DNA of 64,000 nucleotides from Bdellovibrionales bacterium (GTDB lineage: Bacteria; Bdellovibrionota; Bdellovibrionia; Bdellovibrionales; JAUICD01): NCBI GenBank assembly GCA_965197425.1, contig CBDANC010000014.1, forward strand, positions 192,001-256,000. The letters run 5' to 3'. Below are positions 42,820-52,542 of this stretch, piece by piece (within the stretch, counting starts at the first letter, position 1; every line of letters begins with the position of its first letter). The translations under genes were made by a program, and so were the position numbers. The notes under the pieces are model-generated. The model worked only from the letters and a program-made list of their open reading frames with translations. It had not been told where the DNA came from and ran no database searches.

Positions 42820-43656
42820 TTAAAATTTGGGTTTTTCTTTTTTAAACCAAAAAGGTATCAAAAAAATACCTAACATAAAAACAGTTAGCCCTGCTCCCAG
42901 TTTTAAAGTATTTAAAGCTAGTAGGCTATACTTTCCATCTTTAGGATTATAGTTGAAGCAGTACAACATAAACCTATCTAATACAGTACCAATTTTTCCA
43001 TCACTTGCCTCAACCAAAGAGAGCCTAACAGTTTGAACATCTGGGCTTATGCCATAAATATAACGAGATATTTTTCCGTTAGGAGTAAGAACATAAGACA
43101 CAGCAGGATGGATCCATTGGTTTGTCTCTTCATTCCATCTGTAGTTAAACCCAAGGCTATCTGCTAACTTCTTTGCATTCTCACTATCTGAAGTTAAAAA
43201 ATGCCAGTCTTTAGAATTTAATTTTTCTACTCCATACATATCCATATAATATTTCTTCTTGGTATTTGCCATAGTTGAATCATCTTTAGATTCAAAACTT
43301 ACTACTATAAAATCAAACTCCGAGCCAGGAGCCCACTCACTTTGCTTGAACATCTGCACCAACCCATTCAAATGATAGTTACAAAGCCCAGGACAAGAGT
43401 AATAAACCATTACTAAAAACACAGGCTTAGTAGAGATCAAGTCTTTTAGTTTTATTTTTTGATTATCTTCGTTAATTAAATCGACATCTAAGGCTACATT
43501 CTCACCTAAATGCTCATTTACCTGAAGGCCTTTTACAGACTCTGGCGACTTGTCAGCTACCATCTGTTTTTTCCAAGGCAAATCTCCATGAGATAAAGGA
43601 GATAGTAATAAGGTTAGCACAAATACTCTAATATAAAGAGAACAGAATACCTTCAT
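42820..43656 (-). CDS. SCO1/SenC family copper chaperone
   Basis: YYSCPGLC, WHFLT, IHPA, G.ISRYIYG. Confidence 0.93.
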   Translation of the reverse strand: MKVFCSLYIRVFVLTLLLSPLSHGDLPWKKQMVADKSPESVKGLQVNEHLGENVALDVDLINEDNQKIKLKDLISTKPVFLVMVYYSCPGLCNYHLNGLVQMFKQSEWAPGSEFDFIVVSFESKDDSTMANTKKKYYMDMYGVEKLNSKDWHFLTSDSENAKKLADSLGFNYRWNEETNQWIHPAVSYVLTPNGKISRYIYGISPDVQTVRLSLVEASDGKIGTVLDRFMLYCFNYNPKDGKYSLLALNTLKLGAGLTVFMLGIFLIPFWFKKEKPKF

Positions 43657-44183
43657 ATACCCTCTTCATCCAAACTTTGCCATTCATCCACAGTGGAAGC
43701 TTTAGGGTTGGCAATTTCAGATCTGATATAATGAGTAAGGTTCCACCTTACTTGACTGGGTAAATACTCCAAACTATGAAATCTAGGATCCGAAACTCCA
43801 TGGGTAAGGGCTTTATAAATTTCAACCTCTGAACTTCCATACTCACTCTGCAGAATCTTTACAAAAAAATCAGCTACATCACCTATAGCATTTACCTCAT
43901 AGAGTTGTTTGCCCTTTTCAACTGCACTGTCTGTGGCTGTTCGCCACAATTTGTCCCTATTAGCTTTGTCTTCTAAAGTGAAGGTATCGCCCCACTCATA
44001 CTCCATATTGTCTATAGGACCTTGGTTTAACAAAAAAACCAATATAAAAAACAAAGCAACAAAACCTAAGGAAAATAACATAAATAAAACAGCCTTTGTG
44101 TTCTTAGGATTAGATAAATCCCTACCCTCTACCTGAGTGCCATTCAAGTTAGAGTTATTGCTGTTATTTTTACTATCTTCCAA
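43653..44183 (-). CDS. Membrane-anchored cytochrome c-like protein lacking CxxCH
   Basis: One TM helix, then AVEKGKQLYEVN...YGSS..EIY..LTHGV...RWNLTHYIRS. No Cys anywhere in the ORF. Confidence 0.65.
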   Translation of the reverse strand: MEDSKNNSNNSNLNGTQVEGRDLSNPKNTKAVLFMLFSLGFVALFFILVFLLNQGPIDNMEYEWGDTFTLEDKANRDKLWRTATDSAVEKGKQLYEVNAIGDVADFFVKILQSEYGSSEVEIYKALTHGVSDPRFHSLEYLPSQVRWNLTHYIRSEIANPKASTVDEWQSLDEEGI

Positions 44184-44375
44184 GGCAAAACCCCTTACTG
44201 TATGATCATTAGAGCAATTTAATTGCTAAGGAAACACATTGTCCATTGCAACATAACTTTTTCCAACCACAGCATAGAAGGGTTATTATCATAGAACAAA
44301 ACTATGTTATTTTTAGCCCAATAAGTAGATCAACTCACTTTATCAATTTATTTGAAAAAGTAAGCCTTTATAAGA

Positions 44376-44461
44376 TATAGATAATCCCTACGGGATAAGT
44401 ATAGATAACCCCTACGGGATAGGTATAGATAACCCCTACGGAGTAGGTATAGATAATCCCT
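44376..44461. repeat. 24-bp tandem repeat, about 3.6 copies
   Basis: TATAGATAA(T/C)CCCTACGGGATA(A/G)G units starting at 44376, 44400 and 44424, partial at 44448. Confidence 0.92.
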
Positions 44462-44575
44462 CAAGAGATGGTCGGGTTTAAATGCGGAGGATAGGTTTTA
44501 AGTGACAATATCAAAACACAATTCATATGGCAAAAACCTGGTAAAGCCAGATTCTTTGCCATATTCAATCAGTGT

Positions 44576-46168
44576 TTGGAGAAGATAACAATGAGTTATA
44601 CACCGATTGCAGGCAAATGGAGACCACAAATTTTTCAAGAGGTAATAGGTCAGGAAACTACAACCACTACACTTATAAACTCGCTAAAATTTCAGAGAAT
44701 ACCACATGCTGTTTTGTTCACAGGTCCTAAAGGGGTAGGAAAAACCTCAATGGCACGCATACTGTCTAAAGCTATAAATTGCCAAAACAAAGAAAATGAG
44801 TATACCCCATGTTGCCGGTGTCAGATGTGCAAAGAAATAGCTCATGGATCCAATATTGATGTTGTAGAAATCGATGGAGCTAGTAATAGTGGTGTTGAGG
44901 CTGTACGGAGCTTAATTGATGGAGCTGGCTATAGCCCCTTTAAATGTAAATTTAAAATTTATATTATCGACGAAGTACATATGCTATCAAATAGTGCTTT
45001 TAATGCTCTTTTAAAAATATTGGAAGAACCTCCTAAACATGTAAAATTCATCTTCGCCACAACTGAACACAAAAAAATACCTTTAACCATACTATCTCGA
45101 TGTTACAGATTTGATTTAAAAAAAATATCAACCAGTCAAATAGCAAAACATCTAGAATTTATATGTAAAAAAGAAAAAATAAAATTTGAAACAGAAGCAA
45201 TTTCAAGAATTGCAAGAAGCTCAGACGGATCAATGAGAGATAGTCAAGTTGCCCTAGATCAAATTATTTCATTTTCAAAAGAAAACCTAACAGAAACCCT
45301 AGCAGAAGAAGTTCTGGGCCTTACAAATAAAAGTACTCTACTGAAGATACTGGACTGTTTGTTTAAAAGGAAAATTGACTCTAGTATAATCAAAGAGATT
45401 TCAAATGGATCTCACAGTCCAAATGCATTCATAAATGACCTACTATTAGAACTAAGAAATTGTATTATGGTTAAAGAGTTTGGATCTAATAATATGTTAG
45501 ACCTATCAGAGAGTGAAATCAGTAATTTATCAGATATAATTCAAAATACCTCAAGTGAAGATATACATATGCTATTTGATATGACACTTAAAGGGGCTTC
45601 CGATTTAACTACATGCGAAAACCCACAAATTGTACTGGAGATGATCTTAATAAGAATGGCAAATGCCCCCAAAATAGAGGCTTTGTCAAATATAAATACT
45701 TATAACAAAACAGAGCCTGATAACGAAGTACCTATCCTTACAAAGGAAAACAGTAAAATCCCAAGTTTTCGAGGTTTTGTTGATTTTGTGGATAAAAAAG
45801 GTGAAGGCCACATAGCCTCTGTATTGGGAAATTGTAGATTTGATTCAATTAAAGATGACTTTTTTGTCATCAGTTTAGATAAAGACAAGCACTCTATGGA
45901 ATTTCAAACTATAGATAAATATAAAAATGAAATCGAAAGCTTAATAGCAAGCTTTTATGGCAACAAGTTACAATTACAAGTAAGCGAAACTGACAAGGGA
46001 GATCACCTTTCCAAAACCCCAAATGAAGAAAAAAAAGAAGAGATTGTAAAAAAAAAAGATGAATTAAAAAAACAGGTGGAAAATGAGCCAGTAGTACAAG
46101 ATTTTAAAAAAATATTTAATTCAGATATAAGAAATATTGTGTCAAATAAACCTAAAAAAGACAGGTAA
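44576..46168 (+). CDS. dnaX: DNA polymerase III subunit gamma/tau
   Basis: KWRPQ.F.EVIGQ, GPKGVGKT, EIDGASN, IIDEVHMLS, TILSRC. Confidence 0.97.
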   Translation: MEKITMSYTPIAGKWRPQIFQEVIGQETTTTTLINSLKFQRIPHAVLFTGPKGVGKTSMARILSKAINCQNKENEYTPCCRCQMCKEIAHGSNIDVVEIDGASNSGVEAVRSLIDGAGYSPFKCKFKIYIIDEVHMLSNSAFNALLKILEEPPKHVKFIFATTEHKKIPLTILSRCYRFDLKKISTSQIAKHLEFICKKEKIKFETEAISRIARSSDGSMRDSQVALDQIISFSKENLTETLAEEVLGLTNKSTLLKILDCLFKRKIDSSIIKEISNGSHSPNAFINDLLLELRNCIMVKEFGSNNMLDLSESEISNLSDIIQNTSSEDIHMLFDMTLKGASDLTTCENPQIVLEMILIRMANAPKIEALSNINTYNKTEPDNEVPILTKENSKIPSFRGFVDFVDKKGEGHIASVLGNCRFDSIKDDFFVISLDKDKHSMEFQTIDKYKNEIESLIASFYGNKLQLQVSETDKGDHLSKTPNEEKKEEIVKKKDELKKQVENEPVVQDFKKIFNSDIRNIVSNKPKKDR

Positions 46169-46192
46169 CCTTCTTTTTCTAAAAACCGTGAC

Positions 46193-46331
46193 GTAACCTC
46201 TTTAGTGTTTAGGACATGTCATGTCAATTTTTCATTAACTAATAAACCTTTATTATTAACTAATAAACCTTTATTATTAGATAAGTTAGATAAGGTAGCC
46301 TCTTTAGTGTTTAGGATATGTCATGTCAATT
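46193..46331 (+). repeat. 37-bp duplication of the recR ribosome-binding/start region flanking a 21-bp tandem repeat
   Basis: GTA(A/G)CCTCTTTAGTGTTTAGGA(C/T)ATGTCATGTCAATT at 46193 and 46295; ATTAACTAATAAACCTTTATT twice at 46234-46275. Confidence 0.88.
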
Positions 46332-46925
46332 ACTCCCTGTGTGGACAGATTAGTTAATGAGCTTTCTAAGCTTCCAGGAATTGGAGAAAAGAGTGCTCAA
46401 AGACTTTCTTATTTCATAATCAAAGCTGGCTCCAGTTTTACTTCAGGTTTACTAGAAGCATTGTCTGACATAGAAAATAAAATCAAACCATGTCAGATGT
46501 GCTTTTCCTATACAGAAGAAAGGCAGGTATGCAAAATCTGTGATGATCCCAACAGATCAAATGATATAATTTGTGTGGTAAAAAACCCTTCTGACATATT
46601 AAAGATAGAATCGTCCGGGGTGTACAAAGGTAAATACCATGTTCTACAAGGTGTTTTAGATTCCTCAAATATGAAAGATGACTCTATAAGAATTAAAGAA
46701 CTCTTGGAGAGAATGGACAACATATCTGAGGTAATACTGGCTCTAGACACAGATTTTGCAGGAGATATGACATCTGCTTACATTGCAAAGCTACTTATGA
46801 AAAATAAAAGCAATGAACATCTAAAAATTACCAGAATCGCTAGAGGCATACCTTTTGGATCTGACATAGAGTACATAGATCAAAGAACACTTAGTGGAGC
46901 ATTAGAGAACAGGACTTCATTGTAA
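46323..46925 (+). CDS. recR: Recombination mediator RecR
   Basis: LPGIGEKSAQRL, C4 zinc finger, YHVL.G, RIARGIP.G. Confidence 0.96.
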   Translation: MSITPCVDRLVNELSKLPGIGEKSAQRLSYFIIKAGSSFTSGLLEALSDIENKIKPCQMCFSYTEERQVCKICDDPNRSNDIICVVKNPSDILKIESSGVYKGKYHVLQGVLDSSNMKDDSIRIKELLERMDNISEVILALDTDFAGDMTSAYIAKLLMKNKSNEHLKITRIARGIPFGSDIEYIDQRTLSGALENRTSL

Positions 46926-47509
46926 TGTCTTTCATCAATTATAACGCCAAGGAAATACACTGTAAGGTTGTTTACTATGGCCCATCTCTTGGAGGCAAAA
47001 CAACAAATGTCCAATGGATCTATGAAAAAACAAGTGGCAATGAGAAAACCGATCTTATGACCATCAAAAATGAAGTGGATAGAACTGTGTTTTTTGATTT
47101 TTTACCACTATCTCTAGGTGAAATTAGAGGATTTAAAACCAGATTTCACTTATATTCTGTGCCAGGTCAAGTTGTGTATGATGCCAATAGAAAACTTGTT
47201 ATAAAAGGTTTAGATGGAGTGGTATTTGTAGCAGACTCTCAAAAAGATAGAATGGAAGAAAATTTACAATCTTTGAAAAACCTAGAAACTAACTTAAAAC
47301 AACAAGGTTATGATATCAACAACATTCCCATTGTATTTCAATACAACAAAAGAGATCTTCCAAACATAGCTTCTGTGTCAGAACTCAGAGCGGAGCTAAA
47401 TAAAACCAATTCACACGACTTTGAGGCTGTAGCAAGCAAGGGAATAGGAGTATTTGAAACTTTAAAATCAATAACCAAAAGTATAATAAATATATTAAAA
47501 GGAAACTAG
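46925..47509 (+). CDS. mglA: Small Ras-like GTPase MglA
   Basis: MSFINY..KEIHCKVVYYGPSLGGKTTN, RT.FFDFLPL, VPGQV, QYNKRDLP. Confidence 0.96.
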   Translation: MSFINYNAKEIHCKVVYYGPSLGGKTTNVQWIYEKTSGNEKTDLMTIKNEVDRTVFFDFLPLSLGEIRGFKTRFHLYSVPGQVVYDANRKLVIKGLDGVVFVADSQKDRMEENLQSLKNLETNLKQQGYDINNIPIVFQYNKRDLPNIASVSELRAELNKTNSHDFEAVASKGIGVFETLKSITKSIINILKGN

Positions 47510-47690
47510 CGACTTACTAGAACAGCGTTGGTTATATCAACTATTTTAAGTTTTAGATTTAGATTATTCTAGTGGGACAGTCTGTAGTCGTAACCTTCCA
47601 TTTCATTTATAATCTCTTCTATACTATGTTTCTTCTCATCCAACTGCATAAGAAAATTATCTAATGCAACTCCTGCAAACAATGGTGATC

Positions 47691-48508
47691 CTAGTACCAG
47701 AAGGAAATGTGGTATGTCTTTAAAAAAAATGTTGCAGAAATAACAAGGGCAACATAACATGCTAGAATAGTTCCAGCACAATGCAATATATTAAACACGG
47801 GTCTAGAATATATGTAGTCTGGATTATTCTGATCGATTCTTATTATTTGTCTTCCATTGTTATTTAAATATTCTGTTATAGGTGAAGGTATCTTAGTATT
47901 ATCTGAGTCACTCAGTGCGGTTGATTCGTTCTTCTTAATTTCATGGTTTCTATAAGAAGTTATAACTTTTGAAAGTTTATAAGGATTTTCCAACAAAAGT
48001 TTTTGGTTTATCTTTTTTATATCTCTACTATATTCTTCTAGTAAATATACTACGGAATTATCCTCCATATTAGCTATGTCGTAGGGAGTTTGATCTAGCT
48101 CATTGGTAATCAATGGTTCAGCTCCAAGATCCAACAACAGATAAGCCAATTCAATGTTATCTACTTTTGCAGCTAAATGCAAAGCTGTGTCTCCATCATT
48201 TTGATTTTGCATATTTACTAATGTATTTATAATGTCATAATCTGGTTCAGTGTCTGTCTTAAAAAACTGTAGAAGGAAATGTAGTTCTTCTATATTACCC
48301 GCTCTCAAGCTCTCTCATACCATTTATCTTCCCACCGTGAAGGAAAGTATTTGGATGAGTCTTCGTCATTTGGTACCAATCGAATATTATTGGTGTCTTT
48401 TTTACTTTCAAAAATTAATACATCTATACAATCATCTTCACTTGCAAAAGTAACTTGCACCATAAAGGTCAAGACAAAAAAGAGACTTAAAAATCTACTA
48501 TTTTACAA
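47691..48508 (-). pseudogene. Disrupted exported ankyrin-repeat gene (paralog of 48673-50238)
   Basis: GGGGAG RBS, TTG immediately followed by TAA, then NSRFLSLFFVLTFMVQVTFASEDDCIDVL. A frame change in a GA run at ~48311-48316 leads into LRAGNIEELHFL...GDTALHLAAK. Confidence 0.75.
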
Positions 48509-48672
48509 TGAAAACTCCCCCACTAATTAACATAAAAAACAAATCAAAAGATCAGAACTGTGCAATGGATTTTTTACAACGGTGTTGCATTTATAATCAA
48601 ATTACACTAGCCTAGCAAGACCATTTTGGGGGGTTTGAATTTACTTCACGATAAAAAATTTGCGGATATCTA

Positions 48673-50238
48673 ATGAATAGGTTTTTAAACTTGTTTTTTG
48701 TGTTTGTTTTTACTGTTCAAATTTCTTTTGCAAACAGTGAAAGTTGCACTGATGCATTGGAGTCTAATTCTAGCTCTGAGAGGCAACTCTCTTCAAATCA
48801 ATTCAATATTGATTTAGAAAGTATATGGAATGATGCTATGGAAAATGGTGATTTAAAAGGGATACATTTTCTCATACAGCTAATAGACAGATCATCACTA
48901 TCGGATTTAGATAAAGAACTTGCCAGCGAGTTACGCAACTTATTTAACAAAAAATATAGTGAAGGAAACACTATTTTGCACATGGCTGCCAAGCATGATG
49001 ATATAGACATACTTTCCTTTATGATAGATCATGGTGCTGATATAACAAGTGAAAACGATTTAAATGAAACACCCTATGATGTAGCAAAATATTATGAAAA
49101 CCAATTTTCTATAGATGCCCTGGAAACCGCTATGAACGAAATGCACGAAATTGGTACACTAGAACAAGAGAAGGGGAAAAATAAAGGGATTGTTCAAACA
49201 TTTCAAGGTTCAGAACCAATATCCAAAGTAGATGGCCATCTAGAAAGCTATATAGAAGAACAAACCCAACTAGCAGAAAGTGTTAAAAATAGAATAATTC
49301 AACATATTAAAAATCGAGATTTAATGAGGCTTAAGTTTCTTTTTGAGTATTTAAGAAAGAATAACCTGGATATAATTCTCGAAAACACAAAACATATTTA
49401 TATAACCAAATCCTACAAAACAACTTTTCTAATAATGGCTGCCAGGTTGGATGATGTAGATATAGTTGAGTTCCTACTAGATGACAAATATCAAAACACT
49501 GTCTTAGAAAAGGATAGTCTTGACAAGAGTGTTCTACATGTTGCAGCAAATAATGGTTCGGCAAGAATAACTGAGACTATTTTAGACAGCATGGAAGATG
49601 AAGATACTTTATATAGTTTGGTTAGTTTAAAAGAAAAGAAAACAGGCAATACTGTATTGCATAATGTAGTTATCAATGATCAATTCAATTTACTTTCCAT
49701 TATGTTGAATAGGTTAAAAAGTGTTTTGACCGAAATTTCTTATAACAAACTTTTGCAAATAAGGAATAATGAATCAAAAACTGTAGAAGATCTTATGAGA
49801 GACAAAAAAATACCTTCTAAAATAATAATTGAATTGAACAACAAACCTATCAACATTCAGACCATGTATGCTGACTATAAGAGAGAAGAACGTGCTGCTA
49901 AGCAAATCGCTGAAGTAGATATAAAGGTGTTAAAGAGAAAACTTAATTATGAATTGAAGTTTAAAGGCAGAAAAGTGAGGCGAATTTTCCAATCCTTCAA
50001 CAAAGTGGAGACTAAGCCTTTGTTCAGGTATTCTTTTTTTACAAACATTTTTTGGAAGATACCAGTATCTATTATCTTAAGCCCAATTGTTGCAACACTT
50101 GCTGTTTTGGCGTCTCCCTGGCTAACATATTATCAATTTTTTTATCATCGTGTATCAAAGAACAATCGTACATATAAAATATCTGATCTGGTAAAAATTA
50201 AGCCAGATCCACCTGATCTACTAAGTGATATCAACTAA
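48673..50238 (+). CDS. Exported ankyrin-repeat protein with C-terminal hydrophobic segment
   Basis: Signal peptide ending SFA; GNTILHMAAK, SVLHVAANNG and GNTVLH repeats. Confidence 0.9.
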   Translation: MNRFLNLFFVFVFTVQISFANSESCTDALESNSSSERQLSSNQFNIDLESIWNDAMENGDLKGIHFLIQLIDRSSLSDLDKELASELRNLFNKKYSEGNTILHMAAKHDDIDILSFMIDHGADITSENDLNETPYDVAKYYENQFSIDALETAMNEMHEIGTLEQEKGKNKGIVQTFQGSEPISKVDGHLESYIEEQTQLAESVKNRIIQHIKNRDLMRLKFLFEYLRKNNLDIILENTKHIYITKSYKTTFLIMAARLDDVDIVEFLLDDKYQNTVLEKDSLDKSVLHVAANNGSARITETILDSMEDEDTLYSLVSLKEKKTGNTVLHNVVINDQFNLLSIMLNRLKSVLTEISYNKLLQIRNNESKTVEDLMRDKKIPSKIIIELNNKPINIQTMYADYKREERAAKQIAEVDIKVLKRKLNYELKFKGRKVRRIFQSFNKVETKPLFRYSFFTNIFWKIPVSIILSPIVATLAVLASPWLTYYQFFYHRVSKNNRTYKISDLVKIKPDPPDLLSDIN

Positions 50239-50256
50239 AAAAGTGGCAAGCAGAAA

Positions 50257-52401
50257 TTATTTTGTCAGATTAGCACTTAATCTAGCATATTTATTTTCTA
50301 AGAAGATTAAAATTTCTTTGGACACTTCTTTGTACATACCTTTACTCTCAAAATATCTTTCTATAGCATAGTCCATCGGGGTTTCTCCTTCTTTATCCTC
50401 AAAATAAATATCTGCACCACGTTCTATAAGCCATACTACAGCTTTATAATTTCTACTTGTTACTGCTAGATGAAGAGGGGTTCTGCCCAAAAGATTAGGT
50501 AAGTTGATCTGATCTCTGTCAAGAAGATTTAATATTGAAAGAGTTCTGTTTGTGTTTCCAATTCTTGCAGAAGCCCAGTGCATGATACTTTCACCTTTGT
50601 TTGTTAATTTCTGTTTATCCACTTTAAACCTCAAAAGAGTTTTCACCATACCAACTACACTATGTCCTGCAGCATAATGAAGCGCATTTGCACCCAAATT
50701 ATTTGCTTTATTTAAGTCAGCACCTGCATTAACAAGCATATTAGTTATACTATCGCTATGTGTATTGTATCTTGCAGAAGCGAACCAATGAACAACTGCC
50801 ATACCATATCTATCATCTAAGTTAGGGTCTGCTCCGTTTTCTAATAACACTTTAATTATGGGAATAAATTGGTTATAAGCAGCCCAACGAAGAGGTGTAT
50901 CTCCAGAAGTATTTTTTGTGTTAACATCTGCTCCCATTTCTATCAATGTTTCTACAAAGTTTAATCTGTTATACCTAACAGCCATCTGTAATAAAGTATC
51001 TTCCTTATCATCATATTTAAAATCATCTGCTGAAACTATATTGTTACTGTTGAGTATTTGTTTGAACTTTCTAAAATTGTTACTCATTATTGAATCAAAG
51101 AGTGTCTCTCCTACGGAAGGCCCGTATTTTTCCTTGTTATGATTCTCAATTAGGTCATATATAATCCAGTTACCATTTTCAGAGGCTATTTCAAGTGCTG
51201 TTTTTCCGCTTTGATCTCTAACTCCTATATCAAGATCTTTGTTAGCTAAAAGTGCTCTTGCGGCTTCAATATTTCCTTTTTCTACAGCCAGGTGTAGTAA
51301 GGTGGTTTCAATTCTATCAGCTTTAACAAACACAGAGTTAAGATCGTCTAGTTCTTTTGATTGATTATCCAGCTCCAACCAATCATCCTTGTCCCTACTA
51401 ACTGTTATGTCAGCACCGTTTATAGATAGTGCTCTTATTACTGCGTATTTTTTGTTGTTAAATGCAAGAGAAATAGCCGTGTCTCCTTCTTTGTTTACGG
51501 AATCTATATCAACTCCATAATCCATAAGAATAGCAACAATATTTGGGTTTAGTATTGTGACAGCACCTGATTTACTAGATATAGCAAGTGCATGAAATGG
51601 TGTGTTTCCGTTGGAATCAACTAGTTTTGCATCTATATCATTTTCCAACAAAAGTGTAATCATAGGGAGTATTTTTTTATTCGCTTTAGCTGTCCAATGT
51701 AGTGCTGTGGTTTTGTTACTACTTCCTCTTGAGTTGATAAAAGCTCCTCTGTCAATCAAAGTTTCTGCTGCTTCCATGTTTCCTTGGAAGGCAGCCAGTG
51801 ACAGTGGTGTTTTAAAATGTTCCTGGCCAAGTCGTTTGAAACCAGCAACCTCCTCTATATCAGCTCCAGCGTCTAACAAAATGGTTATAGCTTCAGGATT
51901 AAATTCTTTGTATTTTGATGGCTTAGAGGGAATAGATAAATGAAGAGGAGTTGATCCTTGAACAGTTCTAGCTTTGATGTCAGCATCACTTTCTATGAGT
52001 AATCTTAAAATATCTAGGTTGACAGGAAAAGTATTTACTGCTTCATGAATAGCCTGAAAACCCAATTTATTTTTTAAATGTATGTTTGCTCCCTTGCTTA
52101 TAAGAAACTCTACCATGTCTGTATTTCCAACTCTAACAGCAAGGTGAATAGGTCGATCTAGCATGATTCTATTTGTATCTATAACATTTACATCTGCACC
52201 CATTTTTAATGCATTAATTACTTCGGTTAAGTCATCATTTTTTATAGTTGCAACTAATTTTTCATCTGATTCAGTCATTGACCTTACTTTATAAGTTCTG
52301 TTTTTTGAAAGAGAACTTGCACAGTCATACTCCATCACAACAGAGGCTACAGACACTTCAACAAAAAAAATAAAATAAAGTATAAAAACTTTATGATTCA
52401 T
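50257..52401 (-). CDS. Large exported ankyrin-repeat protein
   Basis: More than 12 recognisable TPLH.A / GADVN units and a signal-like N-terminus. Confidence 0.95.
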   Translation of the reverse strand: MNHKVFILYFIFFVEVSVASVVMEYDCASSLSKNRTYKVRSMTESDEKLVATIKNDDLTEVINALKMGADVNVIDTNRIMLDRPIHLAVRVGNTDMVEFLISKGANIHLKNKLGFQAIHEAVNTFPVNLDILRLLIESDADIKARTVQGSTPLHLSIPSKPSKYKEFNPEAITILLDAGADIEEVAGFKRLGQEHFKTPLSLAAFQGNMEAAETLIDRGAFINSRGSSNKTTALHWTAKANKKILPMITLLLENDIDAKLVDSNGNTPFHALAISSKSGAVTILNPNIVAILMDYGVDIDSVNKEGDTAISLAFNNKKYAVIRALSINGADITVSRDKDDWLELDNQSKELDDLNSVFVKADRIETTLLHLAVEKGNIEAARALLANKDLDIGVRDQSGKTALEIASENGNWIIYDLIENHNKEKYGPSVGETLFDSIMSNNFRKFKQILNSNNIVSADDFKYDDKEDTLLQMAVRYNRLNFVETLIEMGADVNTKNTSGDTPLRWAAYNQFIPIIKVLLENGADPNLDDRYGMAVVHWFASARYNTHSDSITNMLVNAGADLNKANNLGANALHYAAGHSVVGMVKTLLRFKVDKQKLTNKGESIMHWASARIGNTNRTLSILNLLDRDQINLPNLLGRTPLHLAVTSRNYKAVVWLIERGADIYFEDKEGETPMDYAIERYFESKGMYKEVSKEILIFLENKYARLSANLTK

Positions 52402-52542
52402 AATAGTTTAAGGTTTTTTTCAAATCCCCAAGCTTAATACGCTAAGAGTAAAAGACGCCAACCAAATTGCGTTATACCACAATCATTTAGCTCATCATAA
52501 TTCAGTTAGAACAAAACAGGTAAATAGTATTTTTTTTACCCT

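Noticed and set aside
44461..44575. SRP RNA (ffs), often found upstream of dnaX
   Set aside because: The conserved CAGG...GNRA...AGCAG domain IV motif is not present.
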